From an uncultured Planctomycetaceae bacterium (GTDB taxonomy: Bacteria; Planctomycetota; Phycisphaerae; SM23-33), in the NCBI GenBank assembly GCA_964575155.1, contig CAZNSB010000001.1, positions 1 through 34,544 of the forward strand: 34,544 nucleotides of DNA, written 5' to 3'. Both the position numbers and the translations under genes were made by a program. The notes under the pieces are model-generated. The model was not told the origin of the DNA, made no database searches, and was given only the letters and a program-made list of their open reading frames with translations. The number at the start of each line of letters is the position of its first letter. Within the stretch, counting starts at the first letter, position 1. Positions 15,017-24,500 of this stretch are shown in pieces.

Positions 15017-16297
15017 ATGATCTGTTTCCAGTGCGACAACTGCCAGAAGGATCTGCGGGTCCCTGACCGCCTGGCCGGAAGGATGGCCAGGTGTCCCCGC
15101 TGCGGAAAGGCGGTCCGAGTGCCCATGGTCACCTTCGCGCCGGGCCCGCCCGCCCCGCCTGCCGGGCCTCACTCGCCGCCGGCGCGGGCGCGGGCGGGCG
15201 TTGGCGCCGCCGGGCGGCCCGTCCCCCCCGGCCCGCCGGCCGACGCGACGGCCCCGCAGCCCGCGGCGGGGGCGGGGGCGCCGCCGCCCGGCCCGGACGA
15301 GGGGGAGGAGGCGGCGCCGAGGGAGGTGGTCGGGCCGAAGCACCGCAGCGACTCCGTCGCCGGGTGGGCGGTCTCCCTGATCCTCCACAGCCTCATCCTG
15401 GTCGGCTTCTCCGGATACACGTGGATGGCGGGCCTCGGGACCGGCGGCGGCCGGGCCGAGGCCGACATGGGCGTCGTCATCGACACCGGCGGCGAGATCT
15501 CCTCCGGCGCCGCCGAGGCCCTCCAGATGCAGGCCGACGTCGGCGAGGTGGCGCTTACCGGCCTCAGCCAGGAACCGGCCGGCATCGAGCCGATCACCGG
15601 CCTGGGGCCGGGCGTGTCGGCCTCGTCGCCGATCGGCCCGCTGGTGGCGTCGGCGCTGTGCGGGGGCGGGGGCGGACCCGCGGCGCGCGGCGACCTGTCG
15701 ATGATCGCCGGCGGCGGCGTGGGCGGGGGGGCGAGCTTCTTCGGCATCGTCACCCCGGCGGACGCCAGCAAGTTCGTTTACGTCCTGGACTACTCCGGCA
15801 GCATGCAGGGGAAAAAGCTCGCGCTGGTCAAGGAAGAGCTGCTCCGCGCGATCAGCGCCCTGAAGCAACGGATGAAGTTCTACATCATCTTCTACGACGA
15901 CGACTACGAGGCCATGGCCGCCGAGAAGCTGGTCCCGGCGACCCAGCAGAACAAGCGCCAGTACCTCACCTGGGCCAACGGGGTCCACGGGGGCGGGGGG
16001 ACCGACCCGACCGAGGCCATGAAACTGGCCCTGTCGCTGAAGCCTCACGCCATCTGGCTGCTCTCGGACGGCATATTCAACCCCCACGCGTGCGACGTGA
16101 TCCGCCGGGCCAACCCCCGGGCGCGGGTCCGCATCCACACGATCGCGTTCTGGGACAACGCCGGGCAGTCGCTGCTGGAGCGGATCGCCAAGGAGAATCG
16201 CGGGCGGTGCCGTTTCGTGCCCGGGCCGGGGTCGGCGCCGCCAGGCGCCCGCCCCGCCGGCCGGCGGCATCCGCGAAGGACAATCCGCCGCCCATGA
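15017..16297 (+). CDS. Zinc-ribbon, Pro/Ala-rich linker, TonB-like (S-x3-H) TM anchor, Gly-rich linker and von Willebrand factor A domain protein
   Basis: ATG 15017; 426 aa. The ribbon is MICFQCDNCQKDLRVPDRLAGRMARCPRCGKAVRVP. The TM helix is WAVSLILHSLILVGFSGY (S120 at nt 15374, H124 at nt 15386). The vWA MIDAS motif DxSxS is DYSGS (nt 15788-15802), followed by GGGTD and LLSDG. Confidence 0.85.
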   Translation: MICFQCDNCQKDLRVPDRLAGRMARCPRCGKAVRVPMVTFAPGPPAPPAGPHSPPARARAGVGAAGRPVPPGPPADATAPQPAAGAGAPPPGPDEGEEAAPREVVGPKHRSDSVAGWAVSLILHSLILVGFSGYTWMAGLGTGGGRAEADMGVVIDTGGEISSGAAEALQMQADVGEVALTGLSQEPAGIEPITGLGPGVSASSPIGPLVASALCGGGGGPAARGDLSMIAGGGVGGGASFFGIVTPADASKFVYVLDYSGSMQGKKLALVKEELLRAISALKQRMKFYIIFYDDDYEAMAAEKLVPATQQNKRQYLTWANGVHGGGGTDPTEAMKLALSLKPHAIWLLSDGIFNPHACDVIRRANPRARVRIHTIAFWDNAGQSLLERIAKENRGRCRFVPGPGSAPPGARPAGRRHPRRTIRRP

Positions 16298-16310
16298 AAG
16301 GGCCGTGCCC

Positions 16311-17060
16311 ATGAGAAGGACCGCGTGGCTGTCTGTCATCGTACTCGTTCTGCTGCTGCTTTGGGTCTGGGCGGGTCAGGCGGCCGCCCAGGCCCCGCCC
16401 GACAGCGCGGACGCCCAGGTCGGGGGAAAGAAGATCTCCCTGTGGCGCATGATCCGGGCCGGCGGGTTCATCGGGTTCGTCATCATCCTGCTGTCGCTGG
16501 TGGCCACGGCGCTGATCATCGAGCATTTCCTCTCGATCCGGCGGGACCGGCTGGTGCCGCCGGTCCTTGCGGACCGGCTGGGGGCGTTCCTGGACGCCGG
16601 CCAGCACGAGCAGGCGCAGCACGAGTGCGAGCAGGACGCGTCGTTCCTGGGCGCGGTGGTCAACGCCGGGCTGGGGCAGCGGGGAGGGATGTTCGGGTTC
16701 TTCGACATGCAGACCGCCATGCAGGAGGTCAGCGAGCGCGAGGTCTCCAAACTGTACCGCAAGATCGAGTACCTCGCGTTCATCGCGGGCGCGGCCCCGA
16801 TGCTGGGCCTGCTGGGGACGGTGACGGGCATGATCGTCTCGTTCAACGTGATCGCCCAGAGCGAGGGGACCGCCAAGCCGTCGCAACTGGCCGAGGGCAT
16901 CTGGGAGGCGCTGATCACCACCGTCGAGGGGCTGGTCGTGGCCATCCCCGTCATGTTCTTCGTGTCCTTCTTCCGGGGGCGGATCGACAGCTTCGTCGCC
17001 GAGGCCGAGGTCGTCGTCGAGAAACTCATGGGACGCTTCCGCAAAGCGCCCGCGGAATAG
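16311..17060 (+). CDS. exbB: MotA/TolQ/ExbB-family proton channel protein
   Basis: ATG 16311 follows GAAAGGG (alternative GTG at 16305). The family motif PMLGLLGTVTGMI is present, with three TM helices. The symbol denotes the family, not proven orthology (TolQ/AglR-like is equally possible). Confidence 0.85.
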   Translation: MRRTAWLSVIVLVLLLLWVWAGQAAAQAPPDSADAQVGGKKISLWRMIRAGGFIGFVIILLSLVATALIIEHFLSIRRDRLVPPVLADRLGAFLDAGQHEQAQHECEQDASFLGAVVNAGLGQRGGMFGFFDMQTAMQEVSEREVSKLYRKIEYLAFIAGAAPMLGLLGTVTGMIVSFNVIAQSEGTAKPSQLAEGIWEALITTVEGLVVAIPVMFFVSFFRGRIDSFVAEAEVVVEKLMGRFRKAPAE

Positions 17061-17071
17061 GAGCCGGACCC

Positions 17072-17506
17072 ATGAGACTGCACAAGCCGCGACGCAGCTA
17101 CGGGTGCGAAATCAACATGACCCCGATGATCGACATCGTCTTCCAGTTGATCATCTTCTTCATGACGGCGACGCAACTGGTCCGGATCGAGGCGGAGGAC
17201 CTGGCGCTGCCCGAGGCCGGCGAGGGCGAGCAGGTCAGCCAGCTCACCACCGGGCCGGTGGTGGTGAACGTCCATGAGGACGGGCGGATCGTCATCTCGC
17301 ACCAGACCGTCCGCCCCGCCGGGCTGGGCCCGGCCCTCGCCGAGCATCTCAAGCAGCGGGCCCCCGCCGACCGGTCGGTGGTGATCCGCGGGGACCGCAA
17401 CGCCGCCTGGGAAAAGATCACCACGGTCCTTCAGGCCTGCGCGGGCAGCCGGATCGGGCGCGTGCGCGTCGCGGTCGTCGAGCCGCCCGCCCAGCCGTCC
17501 CCGTGA
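17072..17506 (+). CDS. exbD: ExbD/TolR-family biopolymer transport protein (copy 1)
   Basis: ATG 17072 follows AGGAG. INMTPMIDIVFQLIIFFM is the canonical ExbD/TolR N-terminal TM motif, including the conserved Asp. Confidence 0.85.
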   Translation: MRLHKPRRSYGCEINMTPMIDIVFQLIIFFMTATQLVRIEAEDLALPEAGEGEQVSQLTTGPVVVNVHEDGRIVISHQTVRPAGLGPALAEHLKQRAPADRSVVIRGDRNAAWEKITTVLQACAGSRIGRVRVAVVEPPAQPSP

Positions 17507-17519
17507 GGAGGCCCCAGGC

Positions 17520-17945
17520 ATGTTGCTCACGCGCCAGCGGCCCAAACGCTCCTCGACGGGGCTGAACATGACCCCGATGATCGACGCCATCTTCCTCCTG
17601 CTCATTTTCTTCATGTGCTCGTCCTCCCTGCGGTCCTTCGAGAGCCAGCTTCCGACGCAGATCTCGCAGCGCGGCAGCGGGCAGAAGGAAGAGCCCTACC
17701 CGCCGATCCGGATTCGCCTGACGAAAACGGCCGCCGGCGTGCTCGTGCTCTGCGACGAGCAGCCGTGCAGCGACTTCCACGACCTCACGGGCCGGCTGAA
17801 AAAGAGGCGGGCCATCGCCGACGCCGCGGTGATTATCGAAGGCGGCGGGCGGGTGCCTTTCGGGCGCATGGTGGCGGCCCTGGACGCCTGTCACCAGGCC
17901 GACCTGCGGCGGGTGGCCTTCTCGCCGACAGGAGGCGCCAAGTGA
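17520..17945 (+). CDS. exbD: ExbD/TolR-family biopolymer transport protein (copy 2)
   Basis: ATG 17520 follows GAGGAGG. The motif LNMTPMIDAIFLLLIFFM is present. The stop TGA overlaps the next gene's GTG (GTGA, 17942-17945). Confidence 0.85.
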   Translation: MLLTRQRPKRSSTGLNMTPMIDAIFLLLIFFMCSSSLRSFESQLPTQISQRGSGQKEEPYPPIRIRLTKTAAGVLVLCDEQPCSDFHDLTGRLKKRRAIADAAVIIEGGGRVPFGRMVAALDACHQADLRRVAFSPTGGAK

Positions 17946-20443
17946 AAGCCACGTCCCCCCGGACGCCCCCGGTTGCGATCTTGCTGCTGGCCCTGGCGCC
18001 GGCGGGCGCCGCCGGCGCCGCACAAACCGCCGGCCGCATCGAGAAACTGCTCGCCCAGGCCGAGGCCGCCGACAACCTGGACCACGCCGAAAAGAAAATC
18101 GACGAAGCCGAAAGCCAGCTCAAGTGGGCCGGCAGGGGAATGGACGCGAGGTTCCTGAGGGCGGACGTCCTCCGGACGCGCGGGCGGGTCAAGATCAAGG
18201 CCTGGCAGAAGCACCTGGCCGGCGAGGAGAAGCGGGCGGCCGGGGTGAAGCTGCTGAAACAGGCCCTCGACGGATACGACGCGCTCATCCAGGAGAACGA
18301 GGGCATCGCCAAGAAGATCGAGGACACCACGGAGGGCGACCCGGAAACGAACAGGAAATACCGCGAGGCGCTCAGCTACAGGAACCGTGCGGTCTACGCG
18401 CAGGCGTGGGGCGAGTACAACCTCGCCCTCGGGCAGGCGTTCTCGCACGACCGGAAGAGGTTCCTCGACCGGGCGGTCCTCCGCTTCAGCCACTCCACGG
18501 CGGGCGTGACGGACGCCGGCGGCTTCGAGGCGGACGGCTCGGACGCCAAGCCGATCATCATCGACTGCCTGCTGGGGCAGGCCCTGTGCTACTACGAGCA
18601 GCGGTCGTTCGCCGACGCCGAGAAGTATCTCAACCTGGCCGCCGACGGCGCCCGCAAGGGCGCCGCGGTGACGAAGACCCTGCCCTTCGTCGTCCAGCGG
18701 ATCACCTACCTGCGGGTGAAGATCCATCAGGACCGCGGCGAGCACGAGAAGGCCGATGAGGTCGCCGGGAAGTACTTCGACGCCCTTCCGGGCGGTCACA
18801 GGCTGGACGCGCTGGAGCGGGGCATCGCCGTCGAACGCGCCCGCAGCCTCGCCGCCCTGGCCGACCCGCAGCGAAGCCCGGGGAAGGACCACCGGGCCTT
18901 CCGGGCCCGGCTGGAGGCGGCGGCGCGGACGGTCAACGCCTACGGCGGCCAGTGGCGGGCGGAGATGGACAGGATCCTCCGCAAGCCCCCCGGCGCCGTG
19001 CTGGGCCCCGCCGTGGCCAGGGCGAGAGAGCTCTTCAACGCCAGGCGCTACCGCCAGGCCGCCGATGCCGCCGACGCCGGACTGAAGGACGCCAAGCTCA
19101 AGCCCCCGGCCCGGGCCGAGCTGCGCTACATCCGGTTCGCCGCCTACTGGAACCTCGCCCGGTGGCGCGACGCCCACCTGGCGGCGGCGGCGTTCCTCCG
19201 GCTCAACCCCACCGACCCCCGCGCCGCGCACGTCTGCGGGAAGGCCATCCACGCCGGACACAGGGCCCTCCAGGCCAGCCCCCCCCTCCCCCAGGCCGAC
19301 CTCGCCCAATTCTTCGACCATGCCGAGAAAAACTTCCCCACCCACCCCGAGGTCCGGATGATCCCCTGGTACCGCGGAAGCCTGCTGCTGTCGGCCGGGG
19401 AGTATGCCCGGGCGGAACGGGCGCTCAGCGGGGTACCGCCCGGCTCGCCGGCGTATCGCCTGGCGCAGTACGGCATGGCCATGTCCGCCTACAAGCAGGC
19501 GGAGGCCCTGGCCGGAGCCAAGGGCCGGGATGCCGCCGGGGTCGAGGGCCATCTCTCTCGGGCCGCCCAAGCCGTCCGCCGATTTGCCGCCGCCCTCACC
19601 GCAGGCCAGCAGCTCTCGCCCCAGGAGCGAGAAGCGGCCAGGAAGGTCATCGAGGTCGGCCAGGCAGCCGCCCAGCGCATGCTCAACCTGCCCCAGCCCA
19701 AGCCCGACGCCGCCGGCGACCTGATACGAACCATCGACGCCCTGTCGATCAAGACCGGGCAGACCGCCGCCGCCGGCCTGGCGCCCCGGATCCTGTTGAG
19801 CGTCCGCAAGGGCGACGTCAAGGGGGCCCTGAAGATGATCGACGCCGCCCTGGCCAATCCCGGCCGGGACGCCGGGCAGCTCGTCCAGAGCCTCGTCGCG
19901 GCCAGCGGCCTGCTGGAGCAGGAGGTCCCAAAGCGGATCCAGGCCGGGAAGGCCGCCGAGGCCGCCGCCCTCGCCAACAAGCTGGTCGACATCTACCGCT
20001 TCCTGTTCGCCCACGTCATCCGCAGCACGGACAAGGGCGTGCTCGCCCAGGAGCGAGCCGTCCGCCGCCGCCTCGCCGCCGCCCTCCAGCGCGTCGGGCG
20101 ATTCGGCGAGTCCATCGATCACTATGAATGGCTGGGCAAGAGGCTGCCGAGAAACGAATCGGGCGACGTGATCCGCGGGCTGGGGATCGCCTACGAAAAG
20201 ACGGGCAAGTACCGACAGGCCATGGCCAACTGGGGACAACTCGCCGGTGGACTGAAGACGGGGACCCCCGGCTGGTGCGAGGCCTGCTACCACCTGATCG
20301 ACTGCCAGCTCCTGTCCGGGCAGCGCGACGCCGCCCGCAAGCGGCTGGCCTTCTTCAGGGCCCAGTACCCCAACATCGCCGACGCCGAATGGAAAAAGCG
20401 CTTCGACGACCTGGAGGCCCGCATCGGCAAGGGCGGCAAGTAG
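17942..20443 (+). CDS. Secreted TPR-repeat protein (833 aa)
   Basis: GTG 17942 overlaps the upstream stop. The signal-peptide-like N-terminus is VKATSPRTPPVAILLLALAPAGAAGAAQ. There are many TPR-like helical pairs, for example LLGQALCYYEQRSFADAEKYLNLA and IRGLGIAYEKTGKYRQAMANWGQLA. Confidence 0.8.
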   Translation: MKATSPRTPPVAILLLALAPAGAAGAAQTAGRIEKLLAQAEAADNLDHAEKKIDEAESQLKWAGRGMDARFLRADVLRTRGRVKIKAWQKHLAGEEKRAAGVKLLKQALDGYDALIQENEGIAKKIEDTTEGDPETNRKYREALSYRNRAVYAQAWGEYNLALGQAFSHDRKRFLDRAVLRFSHSTAGVTDAGGFEADGSDAKPIIIDCLLGQALCYYEQRSFADAEKYLNLAADGARKGAAVTKTLPFVVQRITYLRVKIHQDRGEHEKADEVAGKYFDALPGGHRLDALERGIAVERARSLAALADPQRSPGKDHRAFRARLEAAARTVNAYGGQWRAEMDRILRKPPGAVLGPAVARARELFNARRYRQAADAADAGLKDAKLKPPARAELRYIRFAAYWNLARWRDAHLAAAAFLRLNPTDPRAAHVCGKAIHAGHRALQASPPLPQADLAQFFDHAEKNFPTHPEVRMIPWYRGSLLLSAGEYARAERALSGVPPGSPAYRLAQYGMAMSAYKQAEALAGAKGRDAAGVEGHLSRAAQAVRRFAAALTAGQQLSPQEREAARKVIEVGQAAAQRMLNLPQPKPDAAGDLIRTIDALSIKTGQTAAAGLAPRILLSVRKGDVKGALKMIDAALANPGRDAGQLVQSLVAASGLLEQEVPKRIQAGKAAEAAALANKLVDIYRFLFAHVIRSTDKGVLAQERAVRRRLAAALQRVGRFGESIDHYEWLGKRLPRNESGDVIRGLGIAYEKTGKYRQAMANWGQLAGGLKTGTPGWCEACYHLIDCQLLSGQRDAARKRLAFFRAQYPNIADAEWKKRFDDLEARIGKGGK

Positions 20444-20475
20444 CACCGCGCCACCATGGACCTGGGGGGGCGCGG

Positions 20476-21321
20476 CTAAGCGCCTTCCGGGTCGAACGCG
20501 CGGAGGTTGCGGACGAACTCCTCGATGACCCACTTGGGCGTGGACGCCCCGGCGGTGACGCCGGCGACCTTCTTCCCGGCGGCCATCTCCGGCCGGAACT
20601 CGTGCCAGCCCTCCAGGTGGTGCGTCGGCACGCCCTCTTCGGCGCAGAGGCGGGCGAGCTGGCGGGTGTTGGCCGACTGCCTCCCGCCCAGGACGAACAT
20701 GACGTCCACCTCGCCGGCCAGCTCGACGGCGGCGGCCTGGCGATCGCGGACCTCCCTGCACAGCGTGTTGACGATCCGCACCTCCGGGTACCCCCGGGAG
20801 ACGATCCGCCCCACCACCTCCCCGAAGTGCTGCGGCGAGTGGGTCGTCTGGCAGACGATCCCGAGCTTCCCGCCGGCCGGCAGCCGGTCCAGGTCCTCCG
20901 ACGTGTCCACACAGATCACGCCCGGGGCGTAGGCGCACACGGCCTTGACCTCGGGGTGCTCGGGCTGGCCGATGACCACGACCTGGTAGCCTTCCTCGGC
21001 CAGTTGGGCCACCACCTTCTGGGCCCGCTTGACCAGCACGCAGGTGGCGTCGACGATCTCCACGCCGCGGCGGCGGAGGGTCTCGAAGACCTCCGGTGCC
21101 TCCCCGTGGGAGCGGATCAGCACCTTGCCGGTGGCCTCGTCGGGGTGGTCGATGACGCGAAGCCCCTGGCGCGCGAGCCGCTCGACGACCTGGCGGTTGT
21201 GGATGATCTCCCCGAGGCTGGAGATCTCCCCGCCGCGGCGGGCGAGGGTATCCTCCGCCGCCTTGATGGCGCGCTCGACGCCGAAGCAGAACCCCAGCTT
21301 TCTGGCCAGCTTTACCTGCAT
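20476..21321 (-). CDS. ispH: 4-hydroxy-3-methylbut-2-enyl diphosphate reductase (IspH/LytB)
   Basis: ATG at 21321 (MQVKLARKLGFCFGVERAI...); the track ORF extends upstream into non-coding-looking sequence. The three cluster-ligand Cys contexts are GFCFGV, DATCVLV and NTLCREV. The protein is 281 aa. Confidence 0.9.
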   Translation of the reverse strand: MQVKLARKLGFCFGVERAIKAAEDTLARRGGEISSLGEIIHNRQVVERLARQGLRVIDHPDEATGKVLIRSHGEAPEVFETLRRRGVEIVDATCVLVKRAQKVVAQLAEEGYQVVVIGQPEHPEVKAVCAYAPGVICVDTSEDLDRLPAGGKLGIVCQTTHSPQHFGEVVGRIVSRGYPEVRIVNTLCREVRDRQAAAVELAGEVDVMFVLGGRQSANTRQLARLCAEEGVPTHHLEGWHEFRPEMAAGKKVAGVTAGASTPKWVIEEFVRNLRAFDPEGA

Positions 21322-21365
21322 GGCACACCAGAGCGCCCCGCCGCAAACGCCACGGGGCGCAAGGA

Positions 21366-21395
21366 AGTCTAGGCAAATGGAGCAAGGATTGTCAA
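21366..21395 (-). promoter_or_regulatory. Candidate sigma70-like promoter for ispH
   Basis: On the minus strand: TTGACA (21395-21390), an 18-nt spacer, then TAGACT (21371-21366). This lies about 45 nt upstream of the ispH ATG. Confidence 0.4.
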
Positions 21396-21542
21396 ACAGG
21401 TTCAGGCGCCGCCCAAGAGGCACTTCCGCTTGCGGCCGCTGGCCGAGGTGCGGCGGGAACAGCCGCGCCGGTCGTTCTTGTTTCGCACCGTGCCCCCCTG
21501 AGGAAGTGACCCGGCCGGCCATCGTAATAGGCTAGCGTCCCC

Positions 21543-24500
21543 CTATCTTGAGGCGGGCCGCGTGGGGGCCGCGGCTTCGAGGCCGTACCGCATCGCCTCT
21601 TCGTCCCACCTGAGTCTGTGCCGGTGCTGCCGGTGCCACCGCCGCCACGCGGCGCCGGCCTTGACGGGGGCGGCCGTGAGGACCTTGAAGTCGCGGACCT
21701 CGGCGGGCCGCTCCAGGCCGGGCGACTTGGTGAAGATGATCCAGATCGAGTACGACGCCTGTCGCTGAATGGTGACGTTGTCCTTGTGCCGCTCGAGCAT
21801 CTCGAAGAAGGCCGGCAGCACGCGCTTGTCGGGGATGTTCATGAGGATGTCGGTGGTCGTGTCCGATCCCCAGTCCGGCTCGGTCATCTTGATGCGGATG
21901 AGTCCCGGCACGATCCGGCGCTGCTGGGCGGCGGAGAGGGCCGCCGGGTGGAGCCGGTAGGTCCGCTTCTTCACCGCCCCGATGAAGGAGCGGCCCCAGG
22001 GCTTGCGCTGGGCCAGGGCGTCCACCATGATGGCGGTGCTTCGCTTGGTGGGGACGTCGCGTAGGCACCCGGCCGCCGCGGAGGCGACCCGCGGGTCGTC
22101 CGACGCCAGCAGAGACTCCAGGACGTCCGTGAGGAACTCCCGCCAGGGCGCGTCGGTCTGGAGCTTCTTGCTCAGGCCCGGCCGGCGGGTGAGGCGGTTG
22201 CGCAATCGGGCCAGGATCGCCACGGTCACCTCGGTGTCGTCCTCGCGCAGGAGCAGCACGGGCAGCTCCTCCGCCTCGCCCTCGTAGTCGATGCCGACGA
22301 GGACGTGGTTGCTCCAGCCGCGCTCGTCGGGATCGACGGAGAACAGCAGCCTGCGGGCCCATTCCACGATCCGCTTGCGGGCCTTGTCCTTCCGAGCCAA
22401 GTGGACCAGCAGCTTGGCCGCATACCTGTGAGCCCCGCCCCATCCCAGGCCGCTTCGCGCGAACGGCTCGTCGTAGAACCTTGCGAACAGCAGCGGCACC
22501 GCCTCGCGGGCGTGCTCGACGATCTCCGGCCGCAGCTCGACCTGGGCCTTCGCGGAGACCTTGAAGTACCATCCCAGCAGGTACCGGACCCGGCCTGTGT
22601 GCTGAGGCCGGATGTCGATGCCGGCGAGATCGCCGAGCGCCGCGACGAGCTGGGCGCGGGCCGGCCCGCCGACCGGAATCGCCGTCTTCTCGATCGCCTC
22701 GGGCTTGGCCCCCTCCAGCCGGCGGCGGCAGATCTCCGCGAAGCGCCGGCCGCCCACCTTCAGCTCCTGGAGCTTCTTTAGGTCCGGCCTGATCACGGCC
22801 TCCTTGCCGTCGGCGAGAAAGACCACGAACGACGGGTGCTTCGACGCCGCCAGCAGCTTCCGCACGGTGCTCTTGTCCTGCGGCGGCCGGGCGAGCAGGA
22901 TCGCCCCGCCCTTGCCGCCGGGGCGGACGCTCAACTGCCGCATGAGGCGGCCGAGCGCGACCGCGCCCGGCGTCGTCCGCTGCGGCAGCTTCGGATCGTC
23001 GCGCAGCATGGCCCAGAGCTGCCTCTTCACCTCGGTGATCCCGGCCTGGTCCAGCTCCAGCAGCCGCCGGCGGACCTCGTGCGGCTCGGTGCCGTCATGG
23101 AAGTTCGCCAAGACGTACAGGTACCGCCCGACGGCCTTCGCCATCTCCAGCGCCCGGTCGTGGGCGCGGGCCTTGCTGAGGATCCTGGCGCGGAGCAAGG
23201 CTCGATCGTTCCGCCCCAGTCCAGCGCCCGCCCGGAGGCGCCAGTACAGCACGTTCAGCGGCTGCCAGCGGCGGTCCGGGACGTCCGTCTCCAGGTGCCG
23301 CAGCGAGATCAGGCCCTTGTCCGACTCCAGCCACACCACGTGCAAGCGGCGGCCGCGCACGGCCAGCCTGCTGATCTGCCCCGCCGCGCCGCGCCCGGCC
23401 CCGCCGTGCCACAGGCAGACCGCCTCGGTGGCGCCCCCGGGGCCGAGTCGAAGCAGGTACAGGTGGCCGGACTCGGCGATGACCGCCAACGGCCGACCTT
23501 TGGGATCGGCCGCCAGGCTGGGGTAGGACCAGCCGTAGTTGGGAATCATGGCCATCCGCGTCCCGGGCAGCAGGAACTGCCCGCGGCGCCGGATGCGCCC
23601 CTTGGCGTCGGGCCCGAACAGGACGTACGCCCCCTGCCACGGGCCGGGACGATACAAGCTCGCCAGCACGAAGGCGCGGCCCTCGGAGATCTGATGCCGG
23701 AAAGCCGTCTTGTGCAGCAGCAGCTTCGGCTCGCCCCACTGCCCCTCCCGGCAGGTCAGGTGGTACGTGGAGATCGACTGGTAGTCGGGGGTCTGACCGG
23801 CCGCGAAGACGTGCAGGGCGCCGTTCGTCCAACGGATTCTGGGGTACGTCAGGTTGTAGCCGGCGACGCCCGGCAGCACGCGGGTCTCTTGCCAGTTTCC
23901 CCCGACGCACCGGCGGTAGTGGATCACCTGCCGCGTCCGGTTGTCCTTCCACGGGGACCACACCAGGTGCAGGCTGCCGGAGCCGTCCAGGCAGGCGTCC
24001 AGCCCGTGCACCAGCTTCGGGTGCTCCGACAGCAGGCTCCGGGGCGCGGACCACTCGCCGCCGCGCGGGCGGCGGAACACCAGCAGGTCGTTCAGGCCGG
24101 GCTTGAGGCCCGAGCGCGTCGGCGCCAGGCGGGCGTTGTGGCCGAAACAGAGGACGTAGGCGGTGTCCTCGCCGTCCACGAGCAGTCGCAGGCCGTTCAC
24201 GTACAGCTCGTCGTCCAGCAGCACCCGTGGCTTCGACCATTCCGCACCCCCTTGGCTCGTGTAGTATAGATTGGTCCGCCGGCGGCGCCGGTTTCCCAGG
24301 TGATCGGGCCCCGGGACCAGCCGGCTACCGCAGAAGGCCAAGTGCAGCCGGCCGGTGCTGTCGAACGCCATCGCCGGCCGGCCGAGCTGCTCGACGCCTT
24401 TGTGGACGTCCTTCACGGACGCCTTGGGGCGTGCGGCCAGGGCGATGGTGAGCGGGGAGATCGCCTTCATCCGCGCGGAGATCTCATCCACGCTCAGGTG

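Noticed and set aside
20446-20475. Hairpin CCGCGCC-N16-GGCGCGG between the TPR gene and ispH as a terminator.
   Set aside because: The loop is 16 nt and there is no U-tract on either strand, which is too weak to call.
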